Assembly: GCF_009914755.1 (NCBI RefSeq)
Contig: NC_060946.1
From: the human T2T-CHM13v2.0 reference genome, Homo sapiens
DNA length: 64,000 bases
Direction: 5' to 3' (one strand)
Numbering within the stretch: the first letter of the stretch is position 1; every line of letters starts with the position of its first letter. The notes under the pieces are model-generated. The model was given only the letters and a program-made list of their open reading frames with translations. It did not search any database and was not told where the DNA came from. The position numbers and the translations under genes were made by a program. This document shows, piece after piece, positions 56,601 to 64,000 of the stretch.

Positions 56601-58614
56601 TTATATTGCATTTCTTTGAATTACCTCAACCAGCTATTTTGGATTTCCTGTATGAAAGGTCACATACCTCTGTTTTTCCAGGATTTGTCCCTGGTGCTTT
56701 ATTTAGCTTGTTTGGTGAGGTCATGTTTTCCTGGATGTCCTTGATACTTGTAGATGTTCGTCTATATCTGGGCATTGAAGAGTTCAGTCTTTATTTTAGT
56801 CTTCACAGTCTGGGCTTGTTTGTGCCCATTATCTTTGGGAACACTTTCCAGGTATTCAAAGAAACTTGGGTCCCAAACCCAATAGCACAGTAGTTTATGC
56901 AAACACATAGAGGTAGTGCCTTGGTGGCCTTGGATTAACATCAAGAAAAATTCTCTTGATTTATCAAGTAGAGACTCTTGTTCTCTTCCCTTACTTTCTC
57001 TCAAATCAGCAGTTTGTCTTTCTGTGCTGAGACATGTGGAGCTAGGGTTGGGGTAACATAAGCACCCCTGTAGCCACAACCACTGAGACTGTGCTGGTTC
57101 GCACCTGAAGTAGGCACAGAACTTGGTCTAACCCAAGGCCCACTGTAACCACTACTTGGCTACTATATAAGTTTCTTCAAAGCCCTAGGACTCTGTGATT
57201 AATAGGTGGCAAAGCCAGCCAGGTTTGTGTCTCTGCCTATAGGGTGACAAGTTCCCCTAGACATGAATGGTTCCACAGATGCTACCTGGGAGCCACAGAT
57301 TAAAGCATAAAATCTTCAAAATTTACCTGCTCTTCTATTTTACTGTAGCTAACCTGACACTTAAGGAATAAGACAAATTATTTTCTACTCTTCCTTCCCC
57401 TGTCTGCAGGCAGAAGAGCCTTTTCTATGACTGCCAACACTACTGGCCCATGGGAGGGTTCCACAAAATCATCACTTTCTCACTTAAAGCCCAAGGACTT
57501 TTTAGTTAGCTTGTGATAAATACTGCAATGCCAGGGACTCGACCTTTGGCCCAGGGCAAGTGCAAAAATGCTGACCAAGACCCTAGGCCTGGAGTCAGGG
57601 ACTCTAAGAATCTGCTTGGTGCTCTACCCCACTGTGGTTGAGCTGGTATATCAGGCGCAATGCAGAGTTCCCTTTACTTTCCCCCCTGCTTTTCTCAAAC
57701 AGAAGTCTTTCACCATAGCTACCACGGCTAGAAATGCACTGGGTCTCACCTGAAGTTAGCACTTCTCAGAGCCCAATGCCCATGGTGTATTACCTGGTTG
57801 TCACTGTTTTTTATTCTGGGTACAGTGGTTCTTTAGTCAGCAGGTGAGAATTCTGCCAGGTCTTTACTGACATGGCAGCACTGAGTTTAATGTAAAGTCC
57901 TCCAGTCCCTGTGCTCTCCATCTCCCAAATTCACAGGTTTCTCTGTGTTGTGTGATTGCTGCTGGGTGGGTGGTGGGGGAGTGGTGTTGTGAGCACTCCC
58001 TTAGCTGCTTCGGCTGCTGTCTCAGTAGACCTCATACTCCCCACCCTCCACTTTCCACTGGCTCTGAGCCCAGCTAGAAGTATGACTTGGGTAATAATTG
58101 AAGTCCTTGTGGCCTAGACTGCCCCTTAAGTTCTCTTAGAGTCCAATAGCATTTCAACTCATGATGGCAAAACTTACAAAAACTCAAGCTCCCAACACTA
58201 GGATGGGAGATTTTCCTCTTGCTAGGGCCAATACAAATGCTCCCTCCATTGGCAGATGTCAGCTGAGTACAGTCTGGTTCTGCTTTTCACTGTGACGCGG
58301 TAGTACTGAGTTTATTGCAAAGCCTCACAAACTATGCTCTCCCTCTCCCAAACATACTATCTCTGTACCATGTAGCCACTACTGGTGGTTGAAAAAGAGG
58401 TGGCATCCGTGCTTCTAGATCATCGTTTTTTTTTTCGTCTTCTCCAGTGTCTCTTTCAGTGATATGATGTTAATACCAGGTACTGTGATTGCTCACCCAA
58501 TTTTTGGTCCCTTTGACAGTGCTTCTTGAATGTAGTGAGTTGTGAAAATTTGGTGTTTTTGTGTGGGGGATGAGAGTGTAGGCTTCTCTTCTGCCCTCTT
58601 ACTCTGTCTCTGCC

Positions 58615-59741
58615 TTAAATTTTTTAGATTCAGGGAGTATATTTGCAGGTTTGTTACATGGATATATTGTGTGATGCTGAGCTATCTGAAATATTATTGA
58701 TCCTATCACCAAGGTAGTGAGCATATATTGTGGAATATAATTGATCCCATCACCTAGGCAGTAAGCATAGCACCCATAGTTTCTCACCCCCTGCGCTCCT
58801 CCTTCCTTCCTTCATCTAGTAGTTCTCAGTGTCTATTGTTGTCGTCTTTATATTCATGAGTACCCCATGTTTAGATTCTACTTGTAGGCAAGAACATGTG
58901 GTATTTGGTTTTCTGTTCCTGTATTAATTTCCCTAGGATAATGGCCTCCAGACGTATGCATGTTGCTGCACAGGACATGACTGTATTCTTTGTAATGTGT
59001 GCATAGTATTTTATGGTGTATATGTAGTACATATTTCCATCCAATTTATTGATTCACAGATAAGTTAATTGCATGCCTTTCCTATTGTTAATAGCAATAT
59101 GACGAATATACAAGTGCGTGTGGGTTTTCTTTTTGTAGAATTTTAAATTTTCTTTTGGATATATACTCAGTAATGGAATTGCTGGTTGAACGGTACTTCT
59201 GTTTTAAATTCTTTGAAAAATCTCCAAACTGCTTTTCACAGTGGCTGAACTAATTTACATTCTCACCAATAGTGTAGAAGCATTTCATTTTCTCTGAAGT
59301 GTAGCCAGAATTTGTTCTTTTTTCACTTATTAACAGTAGCCATTCTGACTAATGTGAGATGGTATCTCATATTGATTTGCATTTCTCTGATGATTAGTCA
59401 TGTTGAACATTAAGAAAACAACCCATTAAAACATTGACAAGGGACATAAGAAGACACTTCTCAAAAGAAGACGAGCTGGGCACAGTGGCTCACGCCTGTA
59501 ATCACAGCACTTTGGGAGGCCGGGGTGGGCGGATCACAAGGTCAGTAGATCGAGACTGTCCTGTCTAACACGGTGAAAACCTGTCTCTACAAAAAATTAG
59601 CTGGGCGTGGTGGACGGCGCCTGTAGTCCCAGCTACTCAGGAGGCTGAGGCAGGAGATAGCGTGAATTGGGGAGGCAGAGCTTGCAGTGAGCCAAGATCG
59701 CACCACTGCACTCCAGCCTGAGAGACAGAGAGACTCTGTCT

Positions 59742-59775
<34 letters not shown>

Positions 59776-59787
59776 TACAGAAGTGGG
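58615..59787 (-). mobile_element. Older primate L1 (L1PA15/16-like) 3' end with short inverted 5' piece
   Basis: Antisense 3' end 58615-59410 (GCAGGTTTGTTACATGGATATATTGTGTGATGCTGAG); sense piece ACAACCCATTAAAA...CACTTCTCAAAAGAAGAC at 59413-59472 continuing after the Alu. Confidence 0.8.
59474..59773 (+). mobile_element. AluY-like with about 31-nt pure poly(A)
   Basis: CTAACACGGTGAAA, GCGTGAA and GAGCTTGCAGTGAG diagnostics. Confidence 0.92.
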
Positions 59788-60377
59788 ATTCTTATTCTAT
59801 CACAATAAGCTGCCTTTCCTTTGCAAATACAAAATCAAACCATTCGAAAAATCACTTTCATTGTAGGGATTGACAGTATGTTTCCCCTTCTCTATCTCTT
59901 TTCCTCTTTTGTGATTTTTTTTCTGATCACTGTGAATCCACTCAGCAGATTAACTTCCATTCTTAATCTGTATGAATTGTGCTGATGAGCTAGTCAGCTC
60001 TCTTAAAATCGCTAACAAAAAAGTTTTAAATTTCCTAGTTAGTAATACATTTTTAGCATGCCACAGGATACTCTTAGAATAAGGACTTCTGGTCCAGGCA
60101 TTATGGATTATGATGATTAGTTCTCTGGATTTCTATAAGCTTTGAAATTAAGAGGTACAAATCTAAGATAAATTGGACTTCATACTATTTATACATTTAT
60201 TTGGTTTGTTAATTATTCCATAGGAAAACAGATGAAAGACTTTTGTAGAATTCAATTCTGTTTCACCATATTTAGGGTTACAAGAAGGGAATTATATTGA
60301 TGTAATTGACAGACTGAATTAACCTCAGTCATCACATGTAATTTTTCTAGAGTTTTTTAATGGTACTGACATTCTTT

Positions 60378-60604
60378 TCAGTATGTAAATGCCTAGCTTG
60401 GGTTTCTGGGGGAGAGATGAGTAGCTAGTACTACCCATCTAAAACATAATGTTCATTAGTTGAAATAATGGTGTGATATGATAGTCTTCAATATGTCCAT
60501 GCCTAGCTTGGGTTTCTGGGGGAGACATGAGTAGCTAGTACTACCCATCTAAAACATAATGTTCATTAGCTGGAATAGTGGTGTGATATGATAGTCTTCA
60601 AGAT
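60378..60604. repeat. 110-bp tandem duplication
   Basis: ATGCCTAGCTTGGGTTTCTGGGG...GATAGTCTTCAA at 60389 and 60499, few mismatches. Confidence 0.95.
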
Positions 60605-61132
60605 GATACCCTCAATTTCTTTCCTCCCTGCATGCACATGCTGCTCTTTACCTTGACAGGTAGAGTCTACTCTCCCATTTCTGGAATCTGTGCTGGTCAC
60701 AATGACTTGCTTTACCAGTAGGATGCAGCAGAGGTCATATTCTAGGACCTCCAAGGTCAGGTCATAAGAAGCTTTGTAGTAATTGCCTGTGTGTCTTGGG
60801 ACCAACTACCACATTGTGAGGACTCCAGGTAACATGGAGAGGACAGATAGGCATCACACTCAGCAGCCAATATGCACTGCCAGCCATGTGAGTGACCTGT
60901 CTAGGCTCTTTAGCCTAGCTGAGTTTTCAGGTGACTTCAGCAGCAGCCAACCAACTGCAACTGCAAGAAAGACTCCAAAAGAGAACTTTTGTAGTGCCCA
61001 TCAACCCATAAAACCATGAGAAATAATGTCATTTAAAATTACTAAACAGATAATAACAATAAACAATATTAAACAATAAATAATTCCTTAAGTTTTGGAA
61101 TGGCTTACTATTCAGCAAGAGACAGCTAGAAC
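60582..61132 (+). mobile_element. MLT1G/H-type LTR
   Basis: TGACTTGCTTTACCAGTAGGATGCAGCAGAGGT...TAAGTTTTGGAATGGCTTACTATTCAGCAAGAGACAGCTAGAACA. Confidence 0.75.
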
Positions 61133-62890
61133 AAGTACTAAATATTGCACAATACTGAATACGTGTAAGTTTATTTGTATAATATACTTCTATATTTTAA
61201 AGCCATTGACATTTCTGAAAAGGGTGTAAAAGTGAGCACTGATTAAATGGTTCCCAAGAGAAGTTGCCTGTTGTATCTCAATATCATCACTTACCAATGG
61301 GAGCTGTATTTTGTTTTTGGAAAATATACATTTTCATGTTCATTTTAAAAAATATACCAACAATTGTTTAGAAAAGCATATGCTATTTTGAAAAACATTT
61401 GAGCGAACCAGAAAAGTATAAACTTTAAGGCTCTAATCATATTTATATGCTATTTAACCCATAAATCCAAAGTCTGATGGCAAATATGTTTGTGTAATAC
61501 TGATATTTGGATAAATAAGTTAAACTAACAGTTTTCTTTTTAAATGATAGGCCTTATAATTGGTATGATGTTGAGATGGCTGCAGTGGATGGGTGCATCA
61601 CCATAATAATATTTTCTCTTTAATACTTTTTTGGAACATTAAGTGACAACCAGAGAGTCTAAAACTGGGTTACACAGCAGTAATAAAATCAGAGTGACAC
61701 TTACTTCACAGCAGCAGGACTGGAATTCTTGCTGTTGGGTTGGTGGCAGCAAATTCAATTATGGGTGTCTTCTTTTTCATGCTTAGATGGGGTGTTGGAA
61801 CATTTCCTGTTTAGAACTTTCTAAAACTTCCTGACTAGAGCTGTTTAAAATAGAAACAAACCCCTCTGATTTTGAATTTAGCCTATTTATTGTTATAATT
61901 TGTTCATATGTTTCTACTTTTCAGACTGTGGCTTTCTTGTAGACAGAAGTCGTATCTTATACCTCTTTTTCTTCAGCAGCGGTGTGCCTGGCACCTAGTT
62001 GAATTGTCAGGTTCATTGAATAGGTAAAGTAAAATTATACTAGAATTAAACTATTACATCTATCAATTTTACTCAGAAAATATACAGCTAAGTATGACAT
62101 TTGAATCAATTCACTCACCTATTCAATAAACATTTTTTAAGTGACTACAGTATGCTATGAGCTAGGAATATGGCAGTAAACAAATCTCACCTTGTCTCAA
62201 ACTTCAGTGGATCCAGGAGTCTCTAGAAGTTTAATTCTTGCTCAATCAGCAATTATTTTTCACTGAAAACTTGACAAGAAGGTTTGAGAAGGCAAGAGTG
62301 TGTGAACTTAGCAGATGTTTGTGATGTACATACTCTGTGCCAGCTGTAGTGTCGTAGGGTCTGCCTGTGTCTCCTAGGAAAGGTGAAAACTAAGGACAAT
62401 ATTTTAAACAACAAATAATGCCAAGTGTGCCACGTGATGGAGAAGGAAAGCGCTGGGTCCCAAGAGTGTAACAGGCACTGAGCCTAGCGTGGGGTCCAGT
62501 CCTCTCTGGCATGGTGCCCTCCTAGGTCGTATTTGTCCCTCCTTGTTGCTCCTGCTGTCTTCTTCAGTTACATCTGCTTCTCTGCATTTCCTCATTTTAC
62601 AGTGTGTGGGATGCAGTCATCTCTGAACAGGAATAGGCAACTGTGCACCTGTTACACCGTGCTTGATGCTCTGCATTGATGTACACTGGGCCCAGGTTTG
62701 CCTGGTGGACTGCTTGGGCCATTCTTGTCATCTGGCTCTGAAGCCTTTGTTCACAGAGGTGCACTTGCCAGATGGGGAAGCCAGAGATCTGGGGTCTTTT
62801 GATGAGGCTACTCTCACCCTACTTATCTTCCCTGACATACCTAACAGATGAAGCTCAGGTGGCTGATGCGCCTCAGACCACAGTGTGGAC

Positions 62891-63415
62891 TGTTGTAACC
62901 AAGCGAGTTATAGAGGAACGGCACACTTTGAGACAAATTAAGGAGTCCTTTATTAGCCGGCGACCGAGAGGCACCTAACGCTCAAAATTCTCTCAGCCCT
63001 GAGGAAGGGGCTGGTTTTGTTTTTATAACGTGGTCTAAATAGGGGAGGGGAGAGTTTGGCTGAAGCAATTTTTACTGAAGCAGAGCTGGCAAAAAGTTAA
63101 AAAATTAATTGGTTACAAAAGCAGTTGCCAAACAAAATAAACTGTTCCAGGTGCAGGGGCTTAAACTATCACAAAGAGAGAAATGCAGGGGTTTTGGGTG
63201 CCATTCACTGAGCACATACCTAGGAGCTGCTGGTGCAGCTTGCCTCAATATCTTATCAGTAAGTGATTCCTGGACGTGCTTTGAGTCAGTTTACACTATT
63301 TATGCCCTTAAGGGAGGGAGGTAAAGGGGGCTGCACGTGAAGAAACTAAAATGGAGTCTGTCCAGCTCTCTGCTAGGAGACAGTCACTCAGGTTAAAACA
63401 AGGTAGGGTATCACA
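62891..63415 (-). mobile_element. Solo ERV1 LTR (LTR6/HERV-S71-like)
   Basis: Minus strand TGTGATACCCTACC...GGTTACAACA, TATAAAA and AATAAA in order; perfect 4-bp TSD GGAC at 62887-62890 and 63416-63419. Confidence 0.85.
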
Positions 63416-63629
63416 GGACCATGTACAATTCTTCAAGCTCCAGCTTCAACTCTCTTTCTTATTGCTCTCTTAGGACAGTATATTTAGATGGGAGTAAATG
63501 AAAGTAATGTTATTAAGGGATAAGATTAAAATCAATCCCATTTGTAAAAAAGGAATTAGATTATTTGTGAACTGTAATACTTTTTATTAGTGAAGAATCA
63601 CCTTAAAACTTGAACCTGAATACAAGATA

Positions 63630-63810
63630 ATTCCTTCATTCTGCAAATGTTTAGTAACAAACTCTATGCCAGGACTGTGCTGGGTACTAGGGACACGTAG
63701 TTGAATATATAGTATAAGATGCCTTGGAGTGTCAGGTAGTTTCACATAAATGGCTCATGCAGTATATAGACAGTGTGGTAAAAAGAGACTACTAAGATGC
63801 ACAGAGGACA
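63630..63810 (-). mobile_element. L2 3' remnant
   Basis: TTCATTC..AAATGTTT...CTATGCCAGGACTGTGCTGGGTACTAGGGACAC. Confidence 0.6.
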
Positions 63811-64000
63811 GACAATAACGGGTCTTTGAATGGTGGATAAATGTGTTTGGACTTTTCACTCAGGGCTGTTGAAGTTTTTGAAGGTCAGTGGTCTCAGAGT
63901 TTTGGTGTTTTCAAGCCCTGCTAAATACTTTGTTTCTAGCTGATGATTGGCCACGATTACTGATCACCTATTGGCTCTGTCTGATTCAGCAATCCCACCA

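Larger units (their letters stand above)
47546..58600 (-). mobile_element. Near full-length L1MA (L1MA2/3-like) with multiple nested insertions
   Basis: 3' end GTGGGTACATAGTTGGTGTATATATTTATGGG; continuous antisense ORF2, ORF1 (NSLKIANLRVIGLKEEVEKE) and 5' end AAGAGGGCAGAAGAGAAGCC near 58600. Confidence 0.88.

Overview
This is hominoid (human or great-ape) genomic DNA: it carries AluY, SVA, LTR5 and L1PA elements, and most of the window is interspersed repeat. No intact protein-coding gene is supported. It reads as a pericentromeric-type segmental-duplication mosaic. From left to right: a cluster of candidate micro-exons and a 2-kb GT minisatellite (1.2-5.3 kb); a Tigger1 whose end is amplified into a 75-bp array and which is fused directly to a homeodomain-less DUX4-like pseudogene plus D4Z4-like DNA (7.4-13.5 kb, with a solo LTR5); a KRAB-zinc-finger gene fragment retaining only a dead KRAB-B exon and hosting a full-length SVA with a 3' extension (13.5-20.9 kb); then older L1/MaLR/ERV1-rich DNA including three inverted (twin-priming-like) L1s, a broken L1PA inside an ERV1 provirus, a near full-length L1MA with a nested complete MST provirus, and a solo LTR6-like LTR. 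I did not find convincing evidence for a new functional biological system. The best leads are the DUX4/D4Z4/LTR5/KRAB chimeric block and the unidentified phase-compatible exon chains. Family and subfamily calls come from recalled consensus sequences, not from a database search, and boundaries without a stated TSD are approximate.
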